This document shows positions 1 through 13,753 of a stretch of 64,000 nucleotides of DNA, piece after piece. The DNA is taken from assembly GCF_006345805.1 (NCBI RefSeq), contig NC_043007.1, forward strand, positions 2,108,001 to 2,172,000, given 5' to 3'. The first letter of the stretch is position 1, and each line of letters begins with the position of its first letter. Below the pieces are notes generated by a model, which was given only the letters and a program-made list of their open reading frames with translations, was not told the DNA's origin and searched no databases. This stretch comes from Octopus sinensis. Its lineage: Eukaryota. Position numbers and translations under genes: made by a program.

Positions 1-281
1 TTATCTACTTTCGGTTCCACCATTAGAAACGGTTTATAAATCTTAGAATTTACCATTTTTGCAGACTTACGCTCCAAATAATTCTAATAAGTGTTAGAAA
101 ATGATTTTATAGTAACCAGTTCTTCAGTTTACACTCGTACACAAATTGGACATACATACACACACACACACATACACACACACATACATAACCACACATA
201 CATACACACACACATACACACACACATACATACATAGATACACACATACATGCATAAAACACACACACATACATACATAAA

Positions 282-317
<36 letters not shown>

Positions 318-319
318 CC

Positions 320-600
320 CTTCATCGGAGACGGTGTGAGAGGATACCATTCTACCTAAAAAACGGATCTACAACTTCAATACCCATTCATATCTCGCAT
401 CTATTTTCTTTCCTCCACCTCACTCTCTATTTTGTATTACATCTAAACTAACTATGACTTAACCATCCTCTCACAACGTGTCTGATGAAGGGATATAATA
501 AATATCCTAGAAACAGCTGTAAGACCTTCTATCTATAAATGCTCTAATATCTATACAGCCTTGGTTTTTTTTATCTTATTACGCAAAAAATTCTTATATA
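320..600 (+). mobile_element. Penelope-like terminal-repeat fragment carrying a hammerhead-like motif
   Basis: CTGATGA (482-488), a 6-bp stem, GAAA, the palindrome ACAGCTGT and a GTA triplet follow in order. The fragment lies next to a (CA)/(TA) microsatellite. Confidence 0.45.
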
Positions 601-1054
601 CACATGCTGACATATGACCAACGTTGAACCCCTTATTCGCAAAATCATCAAATCTGGAACTTAACTATGGTCTGTCTATAGCACTTATTCAGCATTACCT
701 GACACCTTTGGGTCTCAATGACACCATTACCTATTATAACCTGGTAATGTCTAGTTATAGAATTTATAATCTTACCAATTTGAGAGTAGTGTAGACATAA
801 TTTTGGTAGCAACTACTCTTCATAATTTACCTTTATTGATTTGTAGAGTATATCATTAACAAAATTTTAGTTAATTTCATTAAAGATTCATTTATTTCAA
901 TTAACAGCCATACCATATAAATTTATAATCATTTAATTAAATTTATAATCACTTAATTCGAATCTCAATAACCTGGTCAAAGAATAAAATGAAATAAAAA
1001 TTAAACAAAATGAAATAAAAAGAACTTAAGTAGAGACATTTACATTTTTTGTCC

Positions 1055-1545
1055 TTGGACAGTGGCCATGCTGGAGCACCACCTTGACAAGTGTAGTCAG
1101 CGGATCGCCCTCTGTTCTTGTCTGTTTCAAAGTCTGATACTTGTTCTGTCAGTCTCTTTTGCTGAACTTCTAAGTCATGAGGACATAAGCGAACCCTCTC
1201 TGGTTGATGAGCAACAGGGGCGTGAAGATTGACTCCCGAGGCTTGAGTTGGCCTGGGATTGTAGTAGAAGAGACTTGCTTAGGGTGCCACACAGTGGGAT
1301 TGAAACTGAAAGCACATAGTTGTGAAGTGAACCTTTTCACCACACAACCATACTCTCTTACTTGTTTCAGTCATTTGACTGTGGCCATGCTGGAGCACCA
1401 GCTTTAGTTGAAGAAATGGACCCCAGGATTTATTCTTTGTAAGCCCAGGACTTATTCTATCGGTCTCTTTTGCCGAACCGCTAAGTTATGGGGTGGTAAA
1501 CACACCAACAGTAGTTGTCAAGTGATGATGAGGGGGACAAACTTA
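1055..1545 (-). mobile_element. SINE family B (tRNA/CORE-like): one old copy plus a second 3' module
   Basis: Matches the B copies elsewhere in the window (tttcagtcatttgactg, gccatgctggagcacc, gaagacacttgcccaagg). Confidence 0.75.
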
Positions 1546-1677
1546 TACATATACATACATACATACACACACATACACACACAAATATACATACATACAT
1601 ATATACATACATACATACATACATACATACATACATGTATATATATACATACATACATGTATATATATATATATAAT

Positions 1678-1866
1678 CATCATCATCATTGTTTAATGTC
1701 CGCTTTCCATGCTAGCATGGGTTGGACGATTTGACTGAGGGCTGGCGAACCAGATGGCTGCACCAGGCTCCAGTCTGATCTGGCAGAGTTTCTACAGCTG
1801 GATCCCCTTCTTAACGCCAACCACTCCGAGAGTGTAGTGGGCACTTTTATGTGCCACCGGCACAAC
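1678..1866 (-). mobile_element. Family C: LINE-3'-end/SINE-like repeat with an (ATG)n tail
   Basis: (CAT)n followed by gtttaatgtccgctttccatgctagcatgggttggacg...gtgccaccggcac. It recurs at about 9990, 12100, 14262 and 25985. Confidence 0.75.
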
Positions 1867-2229
1867 ACACGACAGGATTTTCTCTAAAGCATGTGGTTAG
1901 GAAATGAACTTTTCGACAAACTCCTTTCCCATCACAGCTCTAGTAGGATATTTAACGAAGGAAAAATCATTTTAGAGAAAGAATTTATTTCATGCAAAAA
2001 ATAAACCATAATGATTTAGAATTAGCGTGTTTTATTAATTAACATATTGTTTGTTTTATAGATTGGTTTTTTATAAATTGAATTTTTATTGAACTTTATT
2101 AAAGCTCATCATATTTTGTTTTTCATTTTTGTTTTTTGTTTTCATGATACACTGACATTGTTGGGATTCCAGCTTGACCAATTTAATTTCTGCTTTAATT
2201 CACCTTTGTCTTTATTATTTCATCCACAG

Positions 2230-2387
2230 TGGAACCCAGTGTCTGGCAGCAGGTGATACAGCTTTATCCTTCCCTTGTGGAATGCACCACCTCTTCTTCA
2301 CCACAAGTGTGCAAAGCCCTCAAAGAAGCCCTTCATGAATACAAAGATCTATTATCATCACCAGGCCATCAAAACGTACCCTGTTGA
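2230..2387 (+). CDS. MON2: Last coding exon of a MON2 homolog (ARF-GEF-like endosome/Golgi trafficking protein)
   Basis: The acceptor ttatttcatccacag precedes EPSVWQQVIQLYPSLVECTTSSSPQVCKALKEALHEYKDLLSSPGHQNVPC*. This closely resembles the vertebrate MON2 C-terminus as I recall it ([30 protein letters not shown]). Upstream exons are not visible in the window. Confidence 0.9.
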
Positions 2388-2478
2388 TATGCTATTGTGT
2401 GTGTACATTGCTGAAGTAAGCAAACAAACTAAGAAACTAACAAGCAAGCAGTACTTCTCAGTCTGCTTCAGTTATGGA

Positions 2479-2521
2479 AATAAACTAAAAAAAAATAAAC
2501 TAGAATAAAAATTAAAATAAA
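2479..2521 (+). terminator. Cluster of AATAAA hexamers, candidate MON2 polyadenylation signal
   Basis: AATAAA at 2479, 2494, 2504 and 2516, roughly 90-130 nt after the stop codon. The A-rich context makes chance matches likely. Confidence 0.4.
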
Positions 2522-2779
2522 ATCTGGTACTATGAAGGGTATATTGTAAACATAGTTGAATCAATGATTAATGAACAAAAAAAGCCTGTTGATTGTTAAG
2601 AGTAGACAAAAACTGATGTGGGAATACATCAGGGAAATAAAGGGATTAACTGTATTGATTGCATGGGATTTGCATACAGCTATATAAGAGATATGTGTTG
2701 TTATTAATCCTCATTTCATCACGTCTTTATTTTGCTCATTCCATATTCTTTCTTCTCCAGTGTCTTTTCCTTCTCATCC

Positions 2780-2907
2780 TACATATACACACACATACAT
2801 GCACATATATATATATATATATATATATATACAAACATACATACATATATATATTTACCTAAAGATTTATACATATACATATATGTGTGTGTGTGTATAT
2901 ATATATA

Positions 2908-2938
<31 letters not shown>

Positions 2939-3130
2939 GCACGTGATTATATTCCTATACAAGCAAATGAATATGCCATATGTGTGGATACATGGATGTA
3001 TATATATATATACACACATATATCGGCAGATAGATATATAGGTAGATATTTCATTAATATACATATATATACACAATATATACATACATTGCATATATAT
3101 GTATGTAGTATGCGTGCATATAATATATAT

Positions 3131-3161
<31 letters not shown>

Positions 3162-3500
3162 CTATATATATATATATATATGTATGTATTGTATGTACTT
3201 GCATATATACATATATATATATATATACATACATACATACCTATATGTGTTCATGTATGTACAAGACAGAAAGAGACATCTTATGCCAGTTCTTGCGTTA
3301 AGGGTTGACATTAGTTTAACCTCTTGAGGTTTGTTTAAAAAGTGTGTGTATGTTATATATGTATATAAAATACGTATCATATATGCACATACATGTACAT
3401 ATATAGACATATGTATGCATATAGATAAACATCTATCAATCTGTCTGTGTAAATATATATTACATATACATATGTATATTATATATACACATACACATGT
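2780..3500. repeat. Compound (TA)n/(TACA)n/(TG)n microsatellite field
   Basis: Directly visible dinucleotide and tetranucleotide repeats. Confidence 0.95.
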
Positions 3501-3796
3501 ATTCAAAAGCTATTTTTATTTTTTGCTCTCTATGGAAACAGTGATGCTGTGTATCACTTTGTAAACTACCGTTATTCATATATTTTGTTTCCCTTTGGTC
3601 AAAGGTCATTCTGTTTGACCGCTGTTCCTGATATTCTGGGTGATATATATTTTAAATTTCAACTGAAGCAGTTGGCTGTTTGTGTTGACATCTCTGTATT
3701 TCATGGTAATGTCTAAATATTTCTGTATGAGTGCATTGAACACAGACATTTGGATAAGTCTTTTACTGAAAATGTCATTGGTTCTTTGGCTGGTGC

Positions 3797-3830
3797 TTAG
3801 CACTTCTGTGATACAGAAACACATCTATTT
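3797..3830 (-). CDS. Candidate terminal coding exon of an unidentified minus-strand gene (NRCVSVSQKC*)
   Basis: Acceptor tatttcag; its phase fits the candidate exon at 4547-4602. No homology recognised. Confidence 0.2.
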
Positions 3831-4064
3831 CTGAAATATATATATATACACACACACACCACACACACACATACGCATATATCTCTATGGATATAATATA
3901 TATATATCCATATATATATTATATATATATATATGTATGTACTCTATCCATATATATATTACACACACAGACATCCCCATGAATATATATATACATTATA
4001 TATTTATATACATACATATATATATATATATAGTCACTAATCAAAAATAGAAATATATATATAT

Positions 4065-4109
<45 letters not shown>

Positions 4110-4149
4110 CCATTGCATATGTGGTATATATATATGCGATGTATGCATG

Positions 4150-4195
<46 letters not shown>

Positions 4196-4546
4196 TTCGG
4201 GTTATGGAAAAATATATGGTGATACATGTATGTGTGTATGTAATTTTTCCATAAATGTGATAGGTAAACATCTTAAAGCAACTTTCCACAACCATACTCT
4301 ATAAACTGTAGTGGGTGCAACGTAATTTAACGTATAGATTAATTATACCAAAATACATTTTGTGGCTTACATGCGAAAATAAACTGTGTGTATATATATA
4401 TATATATATAATATATATATACATATATATGTATGTATGTATCTTCTGCTTTGAAACAATTTGTGTTTCTGGAAACTATTTTCATTCACAAAGGTACAAG
4501 CCGAACCCTCGTCAGCCAGGAATAAATAAGAGAAGTTTTGATTTAC

Positions 4547-4602
4547 TTGTGCAGTGTCCATCCACCATAAAACTTGTCGTGAAACATGAGTTGGCAAAAT
4601 TC
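4547..4602 (-). CDS. Candidate internal exon (EFCQLMFHDKFYGGWTLH; an alternative frame gives ...GILPTHVSRQVLWWMDTAQ)
   Basis: A unique, moderate-GC island between microsatellites with donor CAA|GTAAAT. The acceptor is weak and the frame is ambiguous. Confidence 0.25.
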
Positions 4603-4822
4603 CTGTTTCGATATGAATTATTGCAACTGAGCCACCAGGAAGTACAATTTCAGCTGCATTCACATTTATTAATTACTTATCTTATAGTTATAACTTACGA
4701 ATATAGGTCTATTATTATGTTTACATATATGCATACATATACATATATGTATTTATATATATATGCTCTTTTATTGTTTATGTTTCAGCTTTGTAGCTGG
4801 GGCACTGCCAGTAATATGTATA

Positions 4823-4860
<38 letters not shown>

Positions 4861-4934
4861 CATCTGTGTGTATGATTATTGTATATATACATATATATAC
4901 ATACAAACCACACACACACATGTATATATATAAT

Positions 4935-4967
<33 letters not shown>

Positions 4968-5198
4968 TGTTTCTTATTGCCCACAAGGGGCTAAACATAG
5001 AGGGGACAAACTAGTACAGACAAGGGGTTAACTCAAATACATCGACCCCAGTGCGTAACTGGTACTTAATTCATCAATGTTGAAAGGATGAAAGGCAAAG
5101 TTGACCTCGGCAAAATTTGAGCTCAGAATGAAACGGCAGACGAAATATGGCTAAGCATTTCGCCTGACATGCTAACGTTTTTCCTAGCTCATCGCCTT
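4968..5198 (-). mobile_element. SINE family A, long-tail variant
   Basis: cccacaaggggctaaaca...gaaaggatgaaaggcaaagt...gctaacgttt, matching more than 10 copies in the window. Confidence 0.85.
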
Positions 5199-5234
5199 CT
5201 ATCTCGCCTATATATATATAGTGTGGGTGTATGA

Positions 5235-5445
5235 GAAGGCGATGAGTTGGCCCAATTATTACAGTATCGTTAGGCAAGATACTTAGCAGCATTCTCTCTG
5301 TCTTTACACTCTGAGTTCAAATTACACCAAGGTGAACCATGCCTTTCATCCCTTCAGGGTTGATAACATAGGTACCAGTCGGGGTAGATGTAATTGGCTT
5401 ATTCCCTCCCTTGAAATTACTGCCCTGGTCCCTAAATTTAAAAAA
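5235..5445 (+). mobile_element. SINE family A, short-tail variant, decayed
   Basis: Contains ctgagttcaaatt...gcctttcatcccttcagggttgata...gtaccag. Confidence 0.7.
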
Positions 5446-5496
5446 CAGCATAAGTAGGTATATCTAGTGTATGTATATGTAGTGTTTATATAGATG

Positions 5497-5531
<35 letters not shown>

Positions 5532-5914
5532 ATGTGTAGATATATTTATATACACACATATATACATATATATATATACACACATATATATATATGTATT
5601 TATAATTATATATTGATATACATATATATATATAGATAGATGGATAGTTATATAGATATATGTATATGTATATATAGATAAAAAGTATATGTATGCATAT
5701 ATAGGTAGATAATAGATAAATCTATATAGCTATATATATATAGATATGTGTTTGTGTGTGTATGTATATATATATATATAATATATCTGTATGCACATAA
5801 ACCTCCTCACACACACACATTCACACATATAAAAACTGGCTTTTGACAATTCATGACTTATGGCATTTTAATTGTGTTTGTTCCTGATCTGAGTAAATGT
5901 GACCCCTTATTTAC

Positions 5915-5988
5915 CTCCTGTTTTGTGACAAGTTCACTACTTCTTCCTCTATGACCACAAATAGCTTCCAGCAACGCGGTTACTGTCC
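5915..5988 (-). CDS. Candidate internal exon (GTVTALLEAICGHRGRSSELVTKQE)
   Basis: Good acceptor (atttccattgcag) and donor (GAG|GTAAAT); only one of three frames is open. Confidence 0.45.
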
Positions 5989-6337
5989 CTGCAATGGAAA
6001 TATTCTATTTTGATATATATATGTATATATATGTATGTATATATATAATATATATTGAGTTGTATCACGAGTATTATATAATTATGCATTTACACATGTT
6101 TATTTACTTGATGTATTAGGGCTTTCTGTCCGAGGTCAAGTAATAAACATCGTTTATTGCTTCATTTTTCTATATATAATATTACATATCTATATATATA
6201 TATTATATATATATATATACTATACATGTTGCCATTGTTTATCGGATTCTTTAGTCTACATAAGAAAGAACTTCTTACTCTGATATTAGATGTCGTTATC
6301 TATGATTTATCACATACGATCTAATATATATATATAT

Positions 6338-6372
<35 letters not shown>

Positions 6373-7179
6373 TATGTATATATAGTTATGTATATATATG
6401 TATACATTTGTATGTATGTGTATATATATATAGAGAGAGAGACACACAGACAGACAGACAGAAAGAGAAACAGGGAACATATATATCATATATCTATATG
6501 CTTATGTAGATACATATTTTATATGTATGTGTGTATATATTTATGTATATATATACATATGTATATATTTATGTATATATTTGCACATATATATGAATAC
6601 ATTTTCTGAAGTATACTTATGCATATGTATCTATTAAATATCTTTACATATATATACATGTATATATTTATGGTTTCATATATATATATATATGTGTGTT
6701 TGTGTGTGTGTATGTGTGTGTGTCTTACACATATAAAATATATGTATGTATATGAATATATTTCTTTGTGTGTGTGTGTGTGTATGTTGTATGTATATAT
6801 ATATAAATATATATATATACACATGCACATTTACTTAATGGTGTACACATCGTAGAATGTGTATAAAGAAATGGTTATCTCTATGACATTTTTAATGTAT
6901 AAATTTGTGTCAAAGTAATTATATTTGTTTTTATGTATAACTGTAAAGCTCTACATTGCTGTATAACTGTATACTTACGTATAACAGTACCTACATATAA
7001 CTATCCTTATGTGTATATTCACAACAAAACCTCTAGATATTATTACAAAATGCTGAATACATGTAATATTTCTACACAAACTTCAATTATACACCAGTAT
7101 ACACACATGAATTCGTTTTTGTGTGTATATATATGTGAATAGGAGATTACGGATCTCCATTAGTACGTTTGTGCTTGTA

Positions 7180-7206
7180 TATACATATATATATACATAT
7201 ATATAT

Positions 7207-7250
<44 letters not shown>

Positions 7251-7297
7251 TATACATATATATATATATATATATAGATATACATATATATATATAC

Positions 7298-7328
<31 letters not shown>

Positions 7329-7712
7329 CATATATATATATACATTATATAGATATATACATATATATATATGTATATATATATATACATATATATATGT
7401 ATATACATATGTATATATATACATATATACATATACATATATATATATACATATACATATTTATTATACATATATATATACATATATATACATATATATA
7501 TATACATATATATACACATATACATATATACATATATATATATACATATATATACATTATATATACATATATATAGAAATTATACATATATATATACATA
7601 TACATATACTATATATATTACAATACATATATACATATACATATATATACATATACATATATATATACATATATATATATACATATATATACATATATAT
7701 CATATATATATA

Positions 7713-7761
<49 letters not shown>

Positions 7762-7792
7762 AGTATACATATATACATAACTATATATATAC

Positions 7793-7839
<47 letters not shown>

Positions 7840-7890
7840 TACATATATAAAATATATATATACATATATATATATATATGTATATATATA
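7180..7890. repeat. Very long degenerate (TA)n/(TATACA)n array
   Basis: About 700 bp of almost pure TA with C/G interruptions. Confidence 0.95.
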
Positions 7891-8214
7891 TGTAAATGTG
7901 TGTGTATATATATATGTATGTTCACATAGACCTGTATATCTGTATGCATATCGGAAAGGCCATTACATGCATATGTGCTTATGTATGCATATGTTTAGAT
8001 TAATTCTCGAATATGGAGACACACACACACACACTAACACACGCGTGTGTGAGTGTGTGTGTATTTCTGCATAAATCTAATGACTGTGTAGATACGTCTC
8101 CTGGCTTCATTCTCTATAAATGTTCCAAATTCATTGCTCTTTTATTTCTATGCCACATAGAAATAAACCTATTCTACTAACCTGTTATTTTTGTTTATTT
8201 ATTTAAATCTGTTA

Positions 8215-8255
8215 TTATATACATATATATATACATATATATATATGTATATATT

Positions 8256-8314
<59 letters not shown>

Positions 8315-8670
8315 ATACATACATATATGTGTATGTTATTTATGTATATATATATATATATATACACACATATATATACATACATATATATATATACACA
8401 TATATATACACACCCATACATATATGCACATATATATACATATATATATGCACACACAAATATATATATATATATGCACATATATATATATATAGACACA
8501 CACATATATATATACATATGCACATATATATGTATATACACACACATATATATATACATACACACACATATATATATACATACACACATATATACATATA
8601 CACACATATATATATATACATACACACATATATACATATATATAAATATATGCACACACACACACACATG
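8215..8670. repeat. (TA)n/(CA)n compound microsatellite
   Basis: Directly visible. Confidence 0.95.
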
Positions 8671-9989
8671 CATATAACAATGATAAAACTGGGGGACAAA
8701 TTCTAATTTCTGTTGTTATTGTTGTTGATTTAATAGTTTGATATTTTTAATATCAAGGAAAGTAAGATTAAATATATGAAAATATTCAAAAAAAAAATTT
8801 TTTTTTTTTCTAATTTCTATTTTTTTATGTTGCAAATAGCCTAAATCATTTAAAAAATACTTTATTATTATTATTTTGTTCTTTTTTTTTTCTTGTATTT
8901 TGTCTTGAAATAGGGATTTTTAACAGATGTTGATTCACATATAATTTTCACTGAATTAAGTGAATAGCAGAAAGCATTCAATATTTTTTTATCAGTCCTA
9001 TATGATGAGTATATATACATATATGTGTGTGTATATGTGTGTATGCATGTGTGCATATATGTGTATGCATATATATAAAATATATATATATATATATATT
9101 ATATATGTTTGTGTGTGTGATTGTATGTTTGTGCATCTGTATAAATATATATATATATATACACACATATATATATATATAGATATATATGTATTGTATC
9201 CTTTACGCATCTCAGAATTGTGGTTTTCCAAGAGAGAATTGTCAAACATAGGAGAATATGGCAAATAAATCTCTTCTCGTTTCTTATCGTTGATTATCTT
9301 GCCATTGTGTGTATTCTTCCTTAAATTCTCTTGTTTTTCTTTGTAACTTCAGAATTAGAATTTGTAATTGTTATTGAAAAATAAATAACTGGTAAAAAGG
9401 AAAAAAATCTTTAAAAAATCTCCTGCACTGAATTTTTTTAAATTTTCATTTTGATTTTTTTTTTTTTACATTTTTGATATTGATTATTGAAGTTTCATAT
9501 TTTAAATTTCATAAACAGGGATCTTAAACGTATGTTTCTCAGTGGGACCATACCCCTCTTGTTTCTTACAAACCAGAAAATATAAAATCACAAGCACAGG
9601 AATTACAACCGTGTTTCATGGTCTGCTACCACTACAGCTCCTTTATAGGATCCAGTTAGCTCAAGACATCATCAGGAGGAACCACGTCCGATTTCAGCCC
9701 CTACTCCTCTACCATTTTGACGTGGTGGGGCCCCCCTCCCTTTGGAGGTGTCTTCAGCTCTGGTGTTGGGTGCATGTCTTCTTTCTTCTTTTTTCTTCTG
9801 TTCCCTGGCCTCTTCTGTGTGGCATCTACAAGTGTCAGCTGATGACTGACTGACTTGTCAAATTTTTCCCTCTAAATACCTGCTGGAGGCTCCAGTAGGC
9901 AATACCAAGTAAACTTCCCTGCATCCTTCTTCAACAAGAGCCCTTGTCATTACACCAAATGTTAGGTTGTACTATCAATGAGGACCTTT

Positions 9990-10410
9990 CATCATCATCA
10001 TCATCATCGTTGTTTAACACCTGCTTTCCATGCTGGCATGGGTTGGACAGTTTGACTGATGTCTGGAGAGCCAGTAGGCTGCACCAGGCTCCAATCCGTG
10101 CTGGTAATGTTTCTACAGCTGGATGCCCTTCCTCACGCCAACCATTCCAAGAGTATAGTGGGTGCTTTTTACGTGCCACCAGCACAAGGGCCAGTCAGGC
10201 AGCACTGGCATCGACCACACTTGGATGGTGCTTTTTATGTGCTATCGGCACAGGAACCAGTCACCTCCGCTCAAATACTCCCTACCCTACTCATCAGCAT
10301 CATTTAATACCCGTTGTCCAAGCTGGCATGGGTTGGACGGTTTGACCAGGGCTGACAAGCTGGGAGGCTGCACCAGACTCCAGTCTGATTTGGCATGGGT
10401 TTTCTACAGC
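9990..10410 (-). mobile_element. Two adjacent family C copies
   Basis: Two (CAT)n-tailed blocks with gctggcatgggttggac...tttctacagctgga. Confidence 0.75.
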
Positions 10411-10419
10411 TGGAGCACA

Positions 10420-10940
10420 ACCTGTAGTTGAGGAAATTGAACCCAGGACTTACTCTTCGTAAGCCTAGTACTTATTCTATCAGTCTCTTTTGCTGAACCA
10501 CTAAGTTATGGGGACATAAACACACCATCGGTTGTCAAGTGATGTTGGGGAAACAAACAGATACACAAACATATACACACACATATATACATATATACGA
10601 TGGGCTTCTTTCAGTTTCCGTTTGCCAAATCCATTCACAAGGCTTTGGTTGGCCCGAGGCTATAGTAGAAGACACTTGCCCAAGGTGCCATGCAGTGGGA
10701 CTGAACCCAGAACCATATGGTTGGTAAGCAAGCTACTTACCACACAGCCACTCCTGCACACACACACATATATATAATATATATATATAATGATGGGCTT
10801 CTTTCAGTTTCTGTCTACCAAATCCACTCACAAGGATTTGGTCGGCCCGAGGCTATAGTAGAAGACACTTGCCCAAGGTGCTACGCAGTGGGACTGAACC
10901 CAGACCCATGTGGTTGGTAAGCAAGCTACTCCTGCACCTA
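10420..10940 (-). mobile_element. SINE B with a duplicated 5' (tRNA/CORE) module
   Basis: The 3' module lies at 10420-10560; the block gggcttctttcagtttc...gcaagctact occurs twice (about 10600 and 10790). Confidence 0.85.
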
Positions 10941-11183
10941 TTTATTGATCAAGATCCAAAAAGCAAAAAAAAAAAATGTTTGCAAAAAATTGCGTCATAT
11001 AAATTGTTTTTAATAAGAATGTTGTTTTTGTTTTAAAAGAAAATTGTCATTTTCAAATGCAAGTGTGGTTAGTAATTTTTAGCGAATATATTGAATTTTT
11101 TCTTTTATGCTGAGAATGCTGGGCAAAAAAATCGAATGGTTTCTTTCATTAGTGAAACTGTTATTACTATATTGTGTCCTCAC

Positions 11184-11250
11184 CTCCAAGCCAGTTCTGG
11201 TCAAACAGTATTACAGCATACAAATTGTTGATCAAACAAGTATGTACAAG
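11184..11250 (-). CDS. Candidate internal exon (LVHTCLINNLYAVILFDQNWLG)
   Basis: Strong donor GAG|GTGAGG and acceptor ttgttcagatag. It ends in phase 1, matching the exon at 5915-5988. A plus-strand 49-nt exon reading is also possible. Confidence 0.35.
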
Positions 11251-11375
11251 CTATCTGAACAACATGTTTTATTTTCTAACATTTAATAATGAATCATAAG
11301 AGTGTGGTGTCTTAATCTAGGCAAGTTTCATTCTCACCATATTCTCCAGCATTTTTCTGTATCATCATCATAACC

Positions 11376-11777
11376 TATTTCTTTACTACCCACAAGGGGC
11401 TAAACACAGAGAGGACAAACAAGGACAGACAAACGGATTAAGTCTGTTACATTGACCCCAGTGCGTAACTGGTACTTATTTAATCGACCCCGAAAGGATG
11501 AAGGGCAAAGTCGACCTCGTCACAATTTGAACTCAGAACGTAAAGACAGACGAAATACCTATTTCTTTACTACCCACAAGGGGACAAACAAGAACAGACA
11601 AACGGATTAAGTCGATTTTATTGACCCCTGTGTGTAACTGGTACTTGTTTAATCGACCCCGAAAGGATGAAAAGCAAAGTCGACGTCGGCGTAATTTGAA
11701 TTCAGAATGTAGCAACAGACAAAATACCGGTAAGCATTTCACCTAGTGTGCTAACGATTCTGCCAGCTCGCCACCTT
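11376..11777 (-). mobile_element. SINE A tandem dimer (head + body + body)
   Basis: Internal junction gacgaaatacc|tatttctttac at 11559/11560; flanking ataacc duplicated at 11370 and 11778. Confidence 0.9.
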
Positions 11778-12097
11778 ATAACCATTATCTATTTTGTTTC
11801 ACAACTGCTTTCCATGATTGAACAAGTTGTTACTGTTTTCCTTGAACAACTCAGAAGACTACATCGTACTTGAATGTTCAATTTTGGCTCAGTTTTTAGG
11901 GATGGATGCCCTTCCTAACAGCACCAAACCTTTTGCAGAGTATACTGGACGCATCTCATCTTAAGACACCAGCAGGCTTGATGCTGGTCATAGCAGTGTG
12001 AGGCAAGCTTCAGTCAATCAGAATTTAGCCATTGCCAATCTGCTGCACTTATCAGGTGAGGTTAACAAACCTGTTGATGCTGCAACTATTTCTGTCA

Positions 12098-12480
12098 TCA
12101 TCATTGTTTAACATCCGTTTTCCATGCTAGCATGGGTTGGACGGTTCGACCGGGGTCTGGGAAGCCAGAAGGCTGCACCAGGCTCCAGTCCGATCTGGCA
12201 GTGTTTCTACAGCTGGATGCCCTTCCTAACGCCAACCACTCTGAGAGTGTAGGGGGTGCTTTTTATGTGCCTCTGGCACATGTGTCAGGGGAGGCTGGCA
12301 GCAGCCACGATCGGTTGGTGCTTTTCACGTGCTACCGGCACAGAAGCCAGTCAAGGCAGTGCTGGCATTGGCCTCGTTTGGATGCCGGCACAGGTATCAC
12401 AACTACAATTTCCATTTGATTTATATTTTGATGTTAAAGTACTTGACTCAATAGGTCTCCTCAAGCACTGCAGGTCATGT
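12098..12480 (-). mobile_element. Longer family C copy with internal repeated modules
   Basis: The C core plus repeated tgctttt(t)a/cacgtgc...ggcac blocks and an additional 5' segment. Confidence 0.75.
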
Positions 12481-12802
12481 GCTTGATATTTTTTGATATT
12501 TTTTGATATTTTTGTATCTTAACTACATTAACTGGAGACAAAAAATAGTACTTTTAAGATGTTAATATAACCTTCTGAAGTGTTGCACAAGTCTGGATTT
12601 GTTTGGGGGTGTGGCTGTGGACAGAGTGGGGGAGACAAGACGATTGATGCTGTTGCAATTACAAAAATTCCCCCTTATATACACACTTGTTATTGTAGTT
12701 TTTCTTCTTTGTCTGTTTTTCAGCTTGTAATAATGTGAAGTAGGCCATGTTCCGTTCTTTGCAGTTTGTTTTGATTTCCTTTGGTAGAAGAGGTAGGTAG
12801 GA

Positions 12803-13097
12803 GTGTGTGTGTGAGTGTATGTGTGTGTGTGTGTGTGAGTGTGTGTGTCTGTGTGTGTGTGTGTGTGTCTCTGTGTGTGTGTGTTTCTGTGTGTGTGGCT
12901 GTGTTTGTGTGCATGTGTGTCTGTGTATGTGTGAGTGTGTGTGTGTGTCTGTGTGTGTGTGTGTGCATGTGTGTGTGTGTGTCTGTGGGTGGGTGTGTGT
13001 CTGTGTGTGTGTGTGTGAGTATGTGTGTGTGTGTGTCTGTATGTTTGTGTGTGTCTGTGTGTGTGTGTGTGTCTGTGTGCATGTGTGTGTGTGTGTG
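12803..13097. repeat. Interrupted (TG)n microsatellite, about 300 bp
   Basis: Directly visible. Confidence 0.95.
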
Positions 13098-13285
13098 AAG
13101 CAAAACTTGAGACTCAAATGTAACATTGTCGTCTTTAATAACGATGCTCAGAAATATTTTATTATACTTCACTGTGAAAAAATGAAATGCAAAATATTTG
13201 GTTTTTTTTCACTTCCATGAAAGAAAAGAATATTTTAATATTGCGACATTGAGATATTTCATTCTAAAAGTACCATATACGAATC

Positions 13286-13329
<44 letters not shown>

Positions 13330-13722
13330 GAGAGAGGAGATGAATAGATAGTTATGGATAGATGTAGATAGACAGACAGATTATATATATATATATATAT
13401 ATATATTAGAGAGAAAGAGAGAGATGTATAGATAGATATAGATAGACAGGCAGATATATATATCTATATATATATAGAGAGAGATATGTATAGATGTGTA
13501 TGTGTGTGCATGTCTGTGTTGGTAGATATACAAGTACATGGCATACACATGTTTTGTAATTAATCAGATTTGACATAGAGATGTATTTTTCATTTCAAAT
13601 TCTCGGAACACAAGCTGAAAGATATCACAATTCTTGTATTTCCTGTTGATATGAAAATGTTGATTTCAATAAGAATTTACTCCATCACCCTTGTATTTTC
13701 ATTAGGCTCTATGCATAACATG

Positions 13723-13753
<31 letters not shown>

